A stretch of 62,921 nt of DNA, filler included, from Octopus bimaculoides (lineage: Eukaryota): the NCBI RefSeq assembly GCF_001194135.2. It is 6 parts of 6 records of this genome, joined end to end, with 100 filler letters (N's around TTAATTAATTAA, not from the genome) between each part and the next. Parts side by side here need not be neighbours in the genome. Positions count along the whole stretch, not along the records: positions 1 to 21,846 come from NC_068998.1; positions 21,947 to 35,764 come from NC_068982.1; 4 more parts are not named here. One strand, given 5' to 3'. Below the pieces are notes generated by a model, which did no database searches, was not told the origin of the DNA, and was given only the letters and a program-made list of their open reading frames with translations. Made by a program: the position numbers and the translations under genes. Positions 13,130-26,010 of the stretch are shown piece after piece; positions within the stretch are counted from its first letter, which is position 1, and every line of letters starts with the position of its first letter.

Positions 13130-13375
13130 CAAGAATGGGAAAGAACTAAAGGTAAATGTAAATATGAATTGTAAGAAATGAAAACAAAGCAAAAATCTCA
13201 TCTACTGCATCACACACATCGTGATGAGGATTACATCGGAGAAACAAGATCAAAATTAATTAGCCATGTAAGAGTGTACAAACAGAAAATTAAGAATTTA
13301 TCTTTTAGAAATGTTTCATGTCATCAACATCTAGACATTTGTGCAACTTCAAAATTCTAGATATTTTTTACTTTG
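13130..13375 (+). mobile_element. Penelope-like GIY-YIG endonuclease fragment
   Basis: NLIYCIT, then after a frameshift DEDYIGETRSKLISHVRVYKQKI...CHQHLDICA. Confidence 0.7.
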
Positions 13376-14669
13376 AAAAGTAAAAAAAAGAAAATGATCA
13401 ACTACGAAAGACGAACAACAAAAAAAAAAAAGAAACAAAGAAGTAAAAGAATATTTTTATAAGAATATTAAATTCGAAACTAAACCAGAAATAGTCAACT
13501 TCCTCTATACAGATTACTCTATAACACGTGTGACTGAAAAGTTGTACGAAAGTGCTTACACACAATACGAAAACTTTATTAAAAAAATGTTCTTGTCATG
13601 ATGGTTTTCAAAAAATGTAAATAAAAAATTTAAATAGTTAATAACTTTTAAGAAAATCTTTCTTTAAAATATTGTGACTGTATCAATTATTTTTTGCAAA
13701 AACTTATATATATATAATATGTACGTATGTACGTATGTACGTATGTATGTATGTATTACACACATATACAATTATGTAAGAAAATCGCTAGCGAAAGAGA
13801 ACTTCCTCAGAACTTAAAAGCCTTGGAAACTCTATTATGCATTTTAAGCAGAATAAAATTTATGGATTGTATTCTAAAACATAGTACATATATTTAAAAT
13901 ACTTCTAGGTAACTTTGATTTTTTAAAAACTATTAAAACTAATGGCAAACATAGCAGTTAAAATGATAGTCAAAATTTGGTTTTTGCGGCGGCAATAACT
14001 ACGTTTAGTAGCTTTTAAGGTACTTGGAACTAGTTTTCATGAAGTATGAAGTTTGGAAACAATAGAACTCAAGAGTCAACAGCAGCAGTTAAAGTTCTAC
14101 ATAAGTAGACGGTGTCTAGGCGATGAAAGGAAGAATTAAATTTTGACATTTAAATGGTTAAAAATTGCATTTCGTTTTCTAAAGGCTAGACAATTATATT
14201 TGAGATAAAAACCACTAAAGGGAAATCAGGAAGTGCGCGTGCATATGTGTGTATACACGTATATAACATACATGTATACGTATGTGTGTGAGTGTGTTTG
14301 CCTGTGTATCTATGTGTGTGTGTGTGTGTTTGTGGTTGTGTGTGCATGTGTGTGCTTGTCTACCTGTATATTGTAGCTTTAACAACTGTATTAAACTTTT
14401 ATATATATAATGGCTTTTAAATGGTAGTCCGGTACATTTTAGCTCTTTAAGAACCGAGCAAAGACGTACACGACCCTTCCCACACCTACATGTACATACA
14501 GACGCAATATCCAGTGCATGTTTAATGCATCATTCACACAAACCCATTAGATAAGAATATATATATACATATATTATTTCTTTTATTCGTTTCAGCTATG
14601 CGGCTGCGGTCATGCTGGGGCACCACCGTGATTTTGCACCCTTTCTACGGCCTTCTTATTTTGCTGATT

Positions 14670-15180
14670 TCTTCAAAATGGTGAGATTTCCTGTCACCAG
14701 TCTTGCATGTACCTTTACCCTGGTTGTTGGCTCATTTGATGTTGCCTTCATCTGTACTTCATGCCGGGACGTTGGATCGTCTGGTATCGTGGATAGGAGA
14801 ATGTTTAGTTCCTTTTTTACCACATCCATATCCAAGTTGTGAAGGTGTTTCAAAAAAAATTTTGAGCTGAGCATTGAAAAGATGTGAGCTTTTGAACTCT
14901 AAACTATTGCAGTATCTGGTCCTTGCTTTAGATGGGGTGGATGGTACCTTTGGTACTACGCAACCGCGTCCAGTTCGGACATTTGTATAACAGTTAATGC
15001 CGAAATTAGGTACAAGCCCTTCCAGAATTTTTCATTTGTGGATTATTACATCTCTCTCGTGTCTTCGCTCCAGGGAGTAAAGTCGTAGCCTTTTCAGCCT
15101 TCCACTGTAGTTCATTTCTGCACTGTTACCATATTTTTAGTGTAGTAACGTTGAATTGTTTCGAGATCCACTGTGATATA
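14670..15180 (-). mobile_element. CR1/L2-type LINE, 3' end of ORF2
   Basis: The minus strand encodes DLETIQRYYTK, RLKRLRLYSLERR, KILEGLVPNFGI, RTRYCNSL and LLSTIPDDPTSR, with stops and frameshifts. Confidence 0.75.
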
Positions 15181-15272
15181 TATATAATATAATATAATAT
15201 AATATAATATGATATAATATAATATGATATAATATAATATAATATAATATAATATAATATAATATAATATAA
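15178..15272. repeat. (TATAA)n pentanucleotide repeat
   Basis: Seen directly. Confidence 0.95.
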
Positions 15273-15839
15273 AGAAAATGGAGAGTGTGAACACAGGAAA
15301 ATATCATTTTGTTTATATAGTAGTCAATTTTTTTGTGGTTTACGTATATTTCAATTCCTACATTCATTCATTCATATTTTGTAATTAAAATTGCATTATG
15401 AATTTAAAAGGTAAAAATCTCCTTCAGGGCAAAAATTGACATATATTCCTAAATATTTATATACATTCTAATGGATGGAGAGCGCCTTACATACTGAATA
15501 GCAGCATGCGTATGTATGTTTGTGTGTGTCAGCATGCGTGCCTTCGGATTCCATTCTAAAATAGCTAGAAGTTAAAATACGGCCATAATGGACAATGGCT
15601 AGTTGCAGTCTTGAAAAACTAGGTCCTACTATTAATACCAAAAGATAATCTTTATATCCAACTTAACATGGAGGCCTTGTTAGAACAACGAATATTGCGT
15701 TATTAGCCTTGGGAGATCTTCTCATATAGGCACTTCGTGCATAAAAGCACACAGAAAAATTGTAGCAGACGAGGGAGATATTTTTCCGCAATCCTAAAGT
15801 GCATAAGCAGTGGTTAAGCAAGGTCCAGCTTCCGGAATC

Positions 15840-16416
15840 TGTCGCCAAACGGGAGTTTTCGAACACAAAGTAATGATCTGTGTCTTGAAGAAACATGAAG
15901 GGATAATTCACTGCAAGTTTGTTCCGATCGGTCGAGCCATCGATACCAACCTGTACTCTGAACAGCTGGATCGGATGTATTCCATTGTGCAGCAAAAATA
16001 CTTGGCATTGGTTAGCAGAAAGCAATCTCTTTTGCAACATGACAACCCAAAACCTCATACAGCTCGAACGATTCTGAATAAACTCCAGGAAATTGAGGAA
16101 ATCGAACTGATGCCACACCCAGCATATAGTGCGGACCTAGCTCCCTCGGATTATTACTTGTTCCGATCTATATATCACTTCGTGCGCTCGCGTTGCTTCA
16201 TAAACCAAGGGGAGGTGGAAGCTTCAGTGAGGGAATTCTTAGCTTCGAATGACAAGAGTTAATATTAGCGTGGGATTAAAGATGTGACAAAAAGTGAGTT
16301 CAGACGGGCACAACACAATGGTCTGTACTTTGAACACTAGGCTGTTTGTGTTGTAACTTGACAAATAAAGCAAATAAGTTACCAAAATATTGCAAATCTT
16401 TTGATTCAACACAATA
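15840..16416 (+). mobile_element. Mariner transposase, catalytic C-terminal fragment with probable 3' TIR
   Basis: KVMICV, LLQHDNPKPHTA, HPAYSADLAPSDYYLF; TIR-like end ...caacacaata at about 16416. Confidence 0.9.
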
Positions 16417-17204
16417 TAAGTGGCGATGTTTTGCAAATCTCTTTAACATGTCACTCGGGGAGATTCTAATATGGGTTAGTTAGTGAGAAAGAAAGAAATT
16501 AATCGATGGTGCTTTATTTGTGAAATGCAGATATGCGTGTAACAATTTATTGTTGTTTAGTCCACTCCAGCTCAAGCCTTTCTCCAGAAGACCAAATATA
16601 TGGAAAGCATTCCAGCTGAGCACTCTATTTCTTATTCGGGTTCTGTGCACCATGGAGCACAAAAACATCATTTGTCTATAGTTTCAGTCGATGGATGTGT
16701 TTCGAGGAAAAAGATTTGGCTGCTATTGCTTGTGGGTCGAACAACTATGTAGAAGCTCACTCGTTAGTTAGTTGTTCAGTTGCAGAATTTTTGTCTGCCA
16801 CTGTAACAAAGAAATTGTAGGAATGAAGAGTTTTTTTTCTTGAAGGAATCTGTCTCTAGTCAACCGTAATTGTAAAAACCTGCGATCAAGGACATTCCTC
16901 TCGAGAACATCCGGTTGCCCGTTCTGGCGCAGTGCATCATGGAATGTACAGTTCGATTTAAGAGAGAAATTTAGCTTTTATTCTTAGCACATCGACCACG
17001 TTGCTCAGCGGTAGAAAACTTGCATACATTAAATTAAGGAGATTTGCATTAAAGAAGAATTTTTGATCTCGGAGAAACATGGATGAGTGTCAAATATTTC
17101 TGAAAGGAAATAATCTCCAGGTACGAAATAAGGTAACTTATTTATTATATTGTAAGATGTGGATGGATAAGTTAATAGAATCAAATGAATAAACGAGAAA
17201 AAGA

Positions 17205-17303
17205 GATAAAGAGAGAGAGATCAAGAGAGAGAGAGATCAAGAGAGAGAGAGATCAAGAGAGAGAGAGATCAAGAGAGAGAGAGAGATCAAGAGAGAGAGA
17301 GAT

Positions 17304-17337
<34 letters not shown>
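17205..17337. repeat. TCAA(GA)5-6 compound repeat grading into (GA)n
   Basis: Seen directly. Confidence 0.9.
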
Positions 17338-17339
<2 letters not shown>

Positions 17340-18128
17340 GGTGGTGGTGGGTTATTTTGGCAAACATAGCTGATCAGAGTGCCTGGGCACTTCTTGGACG
17401 TTTGTCAGCTAAAGTTGCCAATATGCTTCGTGACAACTTCAACAAACCGACCGATTATATTGCAACAAAATTATTAGTAGCCTTTTACGAACACTAAGAA
17501 CACTCAATATAATTTTACAGTTCAGTCCTTTTAAGATGTCTCTAGACGACTCTTTAACTATGCATTTTTATACTGTGAAGTAGAGAGCTTTAACGTTTCT
17601 GATATAATTATTCAGCGAGTTGCGATGAAATGTTTACTGCTGTTGAGGGATAAACGGATCGGGCGAGCAACACCAGTAAACACCAGTAAGCAGGTCATAT
17701 CTCTATGATAAACGGTTCTACCAGAAGCGTTCAGCCGTTTTTCATCATGTCAATAAATTTCTTTCACGACTTTCTTTGTATTAGTATTTGCCGATTCTAA
17801 GATTTTACTTTTTATAACGATCAGTTCATCAACTTCGGAAAGTTCTATCAAAGACACTTCTTTCTTAACTCCATTTTCCACTCAAATGCAATATTTACTA
17901 AATTTGATAGAAATCACGATATACTGTTTGTAAAAAAGGAAGGACATATTGGATTGTATACTGCATTTACTCGTATGTTGTTAAGTTGTACCCCTATTCT
18001 CGTGTTAAATCTTGGTAAACATTTCCCCCGCTTTTCATATTCAGGCTTTTCATCAGCTTTGACCCTTGTATCAGTTGCATCCTGGGTTACTTTCTGTTAA
18101 AATCAAATGTAAAATAGTGTGAGTTATA

Positions 18129-18757
18129 TGTTGTTGTTGTTGGCACTCCGTCGTTTACGACGTCGAGGGTTCCAGTTGATCCGATCAACGGAACAGCCTG
18201 CTCGTGAAATTAACGTGCATGTGGCTGAGCACTCCACAGAAACTTGTACCCTTAACATAGTTCTCGGGGATATTCAGCGTGACACAGTGTGACAAGGCTG
18301 ACGCTTTGAATTACAGACACAACAGAAACAGGAAGTAAGAGTGAGAGAAAGTTGTGGTGAAAGAGTACAGCAGGGTTCGCCACCATACCCTGCCGGNNNN
18401 NNNNNNGTTCCAGTTGATCCGATCAACGGAACAGCCTGCTCGTGAAATTAACGTGCATGTGGCTGAGCACTCCACAGAAACTTGTACCCTTAACATAGTT
18501 CTCGGGGATATTCAGCGTGACACAGTGTGACAAGGCTGACGCTTTGAATTACAGACACAACAGAAACAGGAAGTAAGAGTGAGAGAAAGTTGTGGTGAAA
18601 GAGTACAGCAGGGTTCGCCACCATACCCTGCCGGAGCCTTGTGGTGCTTTAGGTGTTTTCGCTCAATAAACACTCACAACGTTCGGTCTGGGAATCGAAA
18701 CCGCGATCCTATGACCGCGAGTCCGCTGCCCTAACCACTGGGCCATTGCGCCTCCAC
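18129..18757 (-). mobile_element. SINE family C (tRNA head, (AAC)n tail), apparently duplicated across a 10-N gap
   Basis: Head gtggaggcgcaatggcccagtggttagggcagcggactc; TSD tgtgagttata/tgtgatttata (18118-18128, 18758-18768). Confidence 0.9.
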
Positions 18758-19227
18758 TGTGATTTATAAACGAGTGAAAAAAAAAGATATAAAAAAAAAG
18801 ATAGTTAAGGCCTGGATACTTTTGGTTATAAGTTTACTAGGTCAAAACTAATCAACAGCAACGATAACACCATTAACTACAACAACAATAACAATGAATA
18901 TACGATATTCACTATTAATTCTGTTATTTCTCTTCCGACGAATACAACTTGTAGCTTTACAATGCTTATTTCATAAACTACACTATCAAAACTGCACTTT
19001 ACTGATCCAAACTATAAGTCAATGTTCTTTCAACAAAATATTTTAATCCAGTCAGCTTCATCTCTCTAGTTTATTAATCGAACAACATCCATCAGTGGTT
19101 GACTTACTTATCGAACATAATCTGATATTGTCAAACAACGCAAACACAGACAACTGATTGCAAAATATAACTGACATACAAAATAAACTCCAGTATGCAT
19201 ACAAACACATACATAAATGCATACATG

Positions 19228-19301
<74 letters not shown>

Positions 19302-19784
19302 TATATATATATTATACGTATCATTCGCCTACGCGCTCACCTACACGCAACACACACAGCTAGCTAAATTGATTGGAAAATCATTGAAAGCTTTTAAAGC
19401 TGTCAAAGAACCTTGCGTAAAAATACAATAAAGTAATGAAGTTGGCGCAACCTGTAGAGTGTTGGACTTTTCTTTTAACGGTTTGTAAATTGTTTCATTC
19501 AACTTTATTCCTCCCAATATATCTTATTTGGCGATCAAAATACTAAAAGCGAATTTAATAAACACAACGGTTAATTGGAACTTTTAGAGGAATAGGCAAA
19601 AATTCAAACGAAAAGCTCACGAAAACTGTACACACGTGTCTTAACAAATTAATAAAATGTATAGCAAAGAAAGTGTCATCACAGCGATGTGATACTTATT
19701 TATGTTGGAAGAAACAATTCTCCACTAACTTTAGGATCAACGAAACTCTGATAATGCACAATGATTATGATATACGAGGTCTGA

Positions 19785-20250
19785 TTAATAAGTATCCGGA
19801 CTGTCGCCATAATAACGAAGCTAAAGCATACAGAGAAACCGCCGGGCACAGATTGACCTTGAACTCTGTTGTGCATGCACACTAAGTTTTAACATTCTAG
19901 ATCACTTCCGCTGTTTACTGCAGAGTCTGGGAAGAAGGTGTGTGGTGTGTGATCGTCGCATTGATCATGACAGAGAAAGTTGTCATGGCGATGCCTGCTC
20001 AAAGGCCTACGCAGATTTGCAGGAAGTGTATGGAGAGGAGTGTATCAGCTGCACACAAATGTACGAGTGGTTCAGACATTTCCAAAAGGGCCGAAAAAAT
20101 GTCGATATTGACGAACGTTCTAGGAGACCCACAACCAAGACAACTGAGAAAAACATCGCAGATGTGCGTGCAGCTGTGAGGGGAAATCGTCGAATCACCA
20201 GCCATGAGTTATCACAACATGTGGAGATTAGTTACGGTTGAGTTCAGCCC
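19785..20250 (+). mobile_element. Mariner 5' end: TIR plus HTH region of the transposase
   Basis: TIR-like tacgaggtctgattaataagtatccggact; AYADLQEVYGEECISCTQMYEWFRHFQKGRKNVDIDERSRRP...NRRIT..ELS. Confidence 0.85.
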
Positions 20251-20332
20251 ATTATCACTGAATAATAATAATAATATGGTGGCCACTGATAAAATCTTTT
20301 TGGGAAAAATTTTATCCTTATGTTAGAAGTAA

Positions 20333-20380
<48 letters not shown>

Positions 20381-20382
<2 letters not shown>

Positions 20383-20763
20383 TTCATGTTTTACCTGTTT
20401 TAGTCATTAGACTGCGGCCATACTGGTGCACCGCCTTGAAGTTTTAAATGAATGAATTGACCCCAGTACTTGTTTTTAAAGCCTGATACTTACTCAAGCG
20501 GTCTATTTTGCCGAACCGCTAATGTTACGGGAACGTAAACACACCAACACCGTTTGTCAAGTGGTGATGGGGGAGACAAACACAGACACATACACACTCA
20601 CACACACATACATACATATATATATATACATATATACGACGGGCTTCTTTCAGTTTCCGTTTACCAAATCCACACACAATGTTTTGGTCGGCCCGAGGCT
20701 ACAGTAGACACTGAACCCAAAATTATATGGTTGGGAAGCAAGCTTCTTACCACACACACTCCT
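20381..20763 (-). mobile_element. SINE family A with deletions
   Basis: Same blocks as 7057-7470. Confidence 0.85.
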
Positions 20764-20856
20764 ATGATTTAGGTTTAAGGTGAATATGGTACTTAAGTTT
20801 AGGCACCAGAATTGATTACGGTATTATCCATACAATTCCAAAATAAGGTGATTAAA

Positions 20857-21190
20857 ATCAAAATAAGCACCAAGGATATCCAAAATTAATGCAGTACGAT
20901 CGTTTCATGCGACTCCATTTATTTAAGCAATATGAACATTACATCAAATCTAAAATGCAGAGCAATCCTCGGCTGCACAAAGATGTAGAAATTTACTAAA
21001 ATTTCATTTCAACAGAAGGACATATTTTTGTAACTACGTTGAAATGAAATTTCAGTAAATTTCTATATCTTTGTGCAGCTGAGGATTGCTCTGCATTTTA
21101 CATGTGATGTAATGTTCACATTGCTTAAATAAATGGAGTTGCATGAAACGATCGTACTGCATTAACTTTGGACATCCTTGTTGCCTATTT

Positions 21191-21194
<4 letters not shown>
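20857..21194. mobile_element. Fold-back palindrome / MITE-like element
   Basis: Arms of about 157 bp (20857-21013 and 21038-21194) around a 24-nt spacer, with few mismatches. Confidence 0.85.
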
Positions 21195-21244
<50 letters not shown>

Positions 21245-21631
21245 ATTTGCATGTGTGCATATTTATAGATACACCATTTAGTCGCTTTTAATTTAGAGAA
21301 AAATGCATACACAATATGAATACCAGAGAGGTTGTATTTCTATATATAGTTATGTAGTATATTAATGGTTATGGTACACAACTGTGCAGAATGTTGTTGC
21401 CAGTATGTCTGAAGAGATACCAATATTGCTTAGAAGTGTATCCGACGGTAATATCTCGATCAGTTAGATTGTCATAACCAGCAATATACTGCTCGACCGC
21501 GCAGACCCAACCACACACACACGGACGCGCGCACGCGCGCACACCCACACACGCACCCACATACTCACTCACTCACTCAGCTAATGGCACGGAAAGAAAA
21601 CATTTGCATAGCTTTATTTGTATTGGTATTC

Positions 21632-21846
21632 TTTTATTCTTTTACTTGTTTCAGCCAATTGACTGCCTTTAATCGAAGAAATCGACGCCGAGACTTATTT
21701 TTTGTAAGCTTACTATTTATTCTATCGGGTCTCTTTTGCCGAACCGATAAGCTACGGGGACGTAAACACCAACGTCCGCCGTTAAGCGGTGGCTGGGGAA
21801 CAAACACAGACACAAACACAGACACACACACACACACACACACACA
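21632..21846 (-). mobile_element. SINE family A 3' half
   Basis: ttttacttgtttcagcc...gccgaaccg...cacagacac; runs into a gap at the internal microsatellite. Confidence 0.8.
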
Positions 21847-22084
21847 NNNNNNNNNNNNNNNNNNNNNNNNNNNNNNNNNNNNNNNNNNNNTTAATTAATT
21901 AANNNNNNNNNNNNNNNNNNNNNNNNNNNNNNNNNNNNNNNNNNNNTATATATATATATATATATATATTTATATGCGTGTGTGTATACAACAGAGTTGA
22001 AGTCACTGACCGTATTGGTTTATTTATCCTGAATACTGTAAGGAAGGGTACCCACACACACATAGTTCATCCCTGATGGACTGG

Positions 22085-22830
22085 AAATCTCAGATCATAT
22101 GAACCACCAAGCTATGAAAAAATTTAGGAATGATAAGATAAAGCTTTGCAAAGAATTCGGGCTAAGTGCATATTGACAAATTGTCGACTTCCTGAACGTA
22201 ACCCTAGACTTGAAGACGGTAAAGTACCACCCGTATAGAAAGCCAAAGAGGAAATTGTTTAAACACATATAATCGCCACACCGCCAGCTATCATTAGAAA
22301 CCTGGTCACACATATAATTAGAAGAATCTTTAAAGTATCAGCGGACAGTGAGATCTTCAGCAGGGCCTCCGCTATAACGAAGATTAGCGATGAGATTTAC
22401 CGATAAGTTTGTGTTTATGGAGGACGCACCATCCCACCCACGAACCCAAAGAGAGTTGCAAAGAGAAAGATATTCTGGTTCATTTCTCTTTTCAACCAAC
22501 AAGTTTCAACTAATGCTGTTAAGATCATTCTGACTCTAATGGACTAAACAATTTCCTTCCGTTCATATCATTAACTGTAACCGACGATGTCCTTCCAACT
22601 GCCTACTGTGACTACATAGACTACAGCTTCCCAAAGGTTGTAGTCTATAGAACCACCTTCAGCCCAGCAGATGGCAACGCAAGGTGCAACACAGGCATGA
22701 CAACCAACCTTTTTAAGGGAAGGTTTACACAGCACAAGCACACCGAATTACTGCCCAGTTTCAACATGAGACACCGCGACTTTCGAAATGAGTTCCGCAA
22801 CAATAAATGGGATATGATTAATAGATACCC
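22085..22830 (+). mobile_element. Penelope-like element: RT C-terminus, linker and GIY-YIG, decayed
   Basis: VDFLNVTLDLKTVKYHPYRKP, PPAIIRNL, RKIFWF...QVSTN and VVVYRTT...GMTTNLFKGRFTQHKH. Confidence 0.8.
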
Positions 22831-24549
22831 CATCACCCCCACCCCCACCACCCCCCACACACACTTATTCACCTGAAACTCGCAATTGTCACTTCTGCCT
22901 ACACATACTCTACACCAACCTACAATTTTCATAAACAGGAACAATAAACTGTTCTATTGTTGCCTCCATCATAGACACAACCTAAACGAACTTTAAGACA
23001 CTAGCAGCTGACAAGTCAAATATGCCACTCTAGCCCTAGCTCTTCTACACACAAAGGCAGAGTATTTAATCCCTGCTCGTGTAGACTAAAACCCACCCGT
23101 GTTGATCATCCAACGTCAACTGTAATGCAACACCATCAAATTTCGTTATTCCCACATAAACAATGCTGCTGCTAATGTGTTAAGACTCCACTGAACGATG
23201 GCTAAGTTACTGACCTGCATCAGCATTCCACCCTACCAATGTGCAGTAGCCAATACAATGACCTGATGCACTGCTGAACACACTATGCTGTAGTCTGCCG
23301 TAACATAAGTGGTACCAGTATCCTACTAACATCCTGTTCGAACACGTGGGTCCAAAAATAAAGAATATAGCTGTTTTCACATTAACAATACGTGACCTGA
23401 ACTGACCAACAGATGCCTAACATCTCCCACTCTTCTAATATCTGAAGCATACACGAAATCTCCACAAGGGAAGACGAGATGCGCATGATACTGAAACAGA
23501 TAGATGATGTGATCACCTCATCTAAAACGAGCTTCAGACCTAAGAAGTTACAGAGCATCTAACTGCCGAAGGGAAGCTGATAAGGTCTAATTCACTGTAG
23601 CCAACCAACCCATTCCAATTAAGGTCGAAGAACCAGTCAAGTGTCATGGAAGGTGGTATAACAACACATTGGTTGATACAAAAAGGGGAAACGACGCCAA
23701 GCAGATAACATAGATGTTATGAGATCTATGTAACCTGTCTGGCATAAAGAAAGTCTGATGTCTACGGTTCAAGCTCCTTTGGTCTGAGCTGGTATACATC
23801 ATCAGCATTAGCACAATGGAAATGATGAAGACCAAGAGAAATACACAAAGTAGTTTCGTGTCACACCTGACATCTCTGGTGTTGATCTCTATTATTGTCA
23901 AGTAACGTTAAAGCTACTCATATAGTATATCTCGGAAGAGTACAACGCTGAAAAAGCAAGGTTCTTGTGTGTGTGCGTAAAAGTTAGCGAGATAAGGTTG
24001 TGAGATCGCTCCAACCCAAACTGGGAACTGTCAGAAATTGTAATGTTCAGGAGACAGGAGACACAACAAAGGAGAGCGTGGGGCTTAAGCAAATAACGGG
24101 ACATACACAAACCAATAGGTAGAGACTAGGCTCGCAAAAAACGTGGTCAAAGCCAGAAAGGGAATCAAAGTAGTATTCGGTAATACAGAAAGTGAGTAGG
24201 GGTAAAGGGAACCAATATTCTGGAAAGTAGTCCAGTAAGTCCAACAGAAACAACAGACACATGTATAATATACATTAATAAAAATTGCACATACACATTC
24301 TACAGGGCGTCATACATTATTCAACATGACTTAGACGTTCTTACATAAAGTCATTTTTTTAAATAGTTGGAGTGACATCTCCTTAGTAGTTTTCACCATA
24401 CACACCGTTTCGTGCTTAAGTGAACAGATCTTTTATTACAAAATTTTTGTGGAGAATCTCTCCAATCAAGTTTCCTTGATCTTTCCTTTCGATATAAAAT
24501 TTCAAATAGTTCCTACATCATGTGTGTGTGTGTGTGCGCGCGTGCGTGC

Positions 24550-24588
<39 letters not shown>

Positions 24589-24677
24589 CACACACACACC
24601 CATATTATTTATAATTTTCACTTTTACTGTTAATATTTATGAGATCAGTGTATGATTTCAACGGAAATCTTATAAGC

Positions 24678-24810
24678 TGACAAGGCGAGCTGAGTTTAAC
24701 CCTAGACCTTAATGCCACTGATGAGCATTAAGATGCGTTAAGCATCAAAATGCGAAATCGGCGATGATCTGGCTGTATTTGCGACTATAGGGAGCTTGCC
24801 TTCCTTGTCA
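24678..24810 (+). ncRNA. Type I hammerhead ribozyme, complete canonical core
   Basis: CTGATGA 24718-24724; stem II gcatt/aatgc closed by G-C; GAAA 24754-24757; stem III atcg/tgat with GCGA tetraloop; AUC triplet 24767-24769; stem I gcca/tggc plus three further helices. Confidence 0.8.
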
Positions 24811-25077
24811 GTTCATTAAGATAGTGCTTTCGTGGCTATTGAGTTGTTTTGACTCTTATTTCTAGCAACACTGCTGTTGACTAGTGCCTTTTGTCACTTT
24901 AATGACATATGTATTTCTATTAAGGAAAATAGCTTCCACAAAACTTTTATATATACATATATATATATATTCCAGGAGTGATAATTTCAAAAAGAACCTA
25001 TGTATGTCCAGCCACTTAAAATAAATTATTCAAAGATAAACTAGAGAATGAATAAAAAGAAAAAAGAAAACGATAAG

Positions 25078-25188
<111 letters not shown>

Positions 25189-25879
25189 ATATATACATAC
25201 ATCTTTTTCATCAACCAACATTTCTATCACAAAGTATTGGCCAGCTATGGCAATTGCAAAAGGAGAGGACTTTCGAAGCGAATTTTTCTAACTGTATACT
25301 CATGCCCACTCTCAACTTAAAACTGAATTAACGTAACCTAAAAAAAAAATAGCTACTGTAATATTGTTGCTAAGGATTTTAAGAAAGGCCTATGTAAGAA
25401 CGCGACAAATTCGCTACAAACTACACCATGTGATGATAAAAATGCCGGTGAACTGCTGACAAAATATCACATATAACTTAGTGAGCGGAATTGTGGAACA
25501 AAACACTATAATCTTAAAATTGAGTTGTTTCCTATGATTTAAATATTTAGTAGACAATATTTCGTTGGTACCAAAAACAATATGCCGTGGTTTATCAGGA
25601 GACTGAGTAAATAAAAATTAAAGATGAAAACAACGATTTTTATAAATGTAAATACACTAAACAAGTAGATATTTAGTAATATATATGAAGACTCAAAATA
25701 GAAGAAATACACCTGGCGTTCATGCTGGTCGCTGATGTGGCGATTTTTCGTCTCACTCCGATTTTTATTGTCTTCAACATAGAATATCCATAGGATATGT
25801 TATCTCAGGATGCATACCGCAGCAACTAGCCTGTTAATGCAGTGTGCTTTACATAGCTATAAATAAAGGCTCAAATATT

Positions 25880-26010
25880 GTTTTCTACTCTAGGCACAAG
25901 GCCCAAAATTTTTGAGGAGCGGGCAACTGGTACTTAATTTATCGACTCCGAAGAGATGAAAGGCAAAGTCGACGCCCGGAGTGATAGCGTTTCTGCCAGC
26001 TCTCCGCCTT
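25880..26010 (-). mobile_element. Internally deleted SINE family B with 18-bp TSD
   Basis: TSD aataaaggct(c/t)aaatatt at 25862-25879 and 26011-26028. Confidence 0.85.

Noticed and set aside
15663-16118. 151-aa minus-strand ORF
   Set aside because: It is the antisense shadow of the mariner fragment.
17370-18110. Short open stretches on the minus strand
   Set aside because: No recognisable motif and interrupted by stops.
18169-18636. Apparent tandem duplication of SINE family C
   Set aside because: Both halves share private variants and are separated by a 10-N gap, so this is most likely an unmerged contig overlap.
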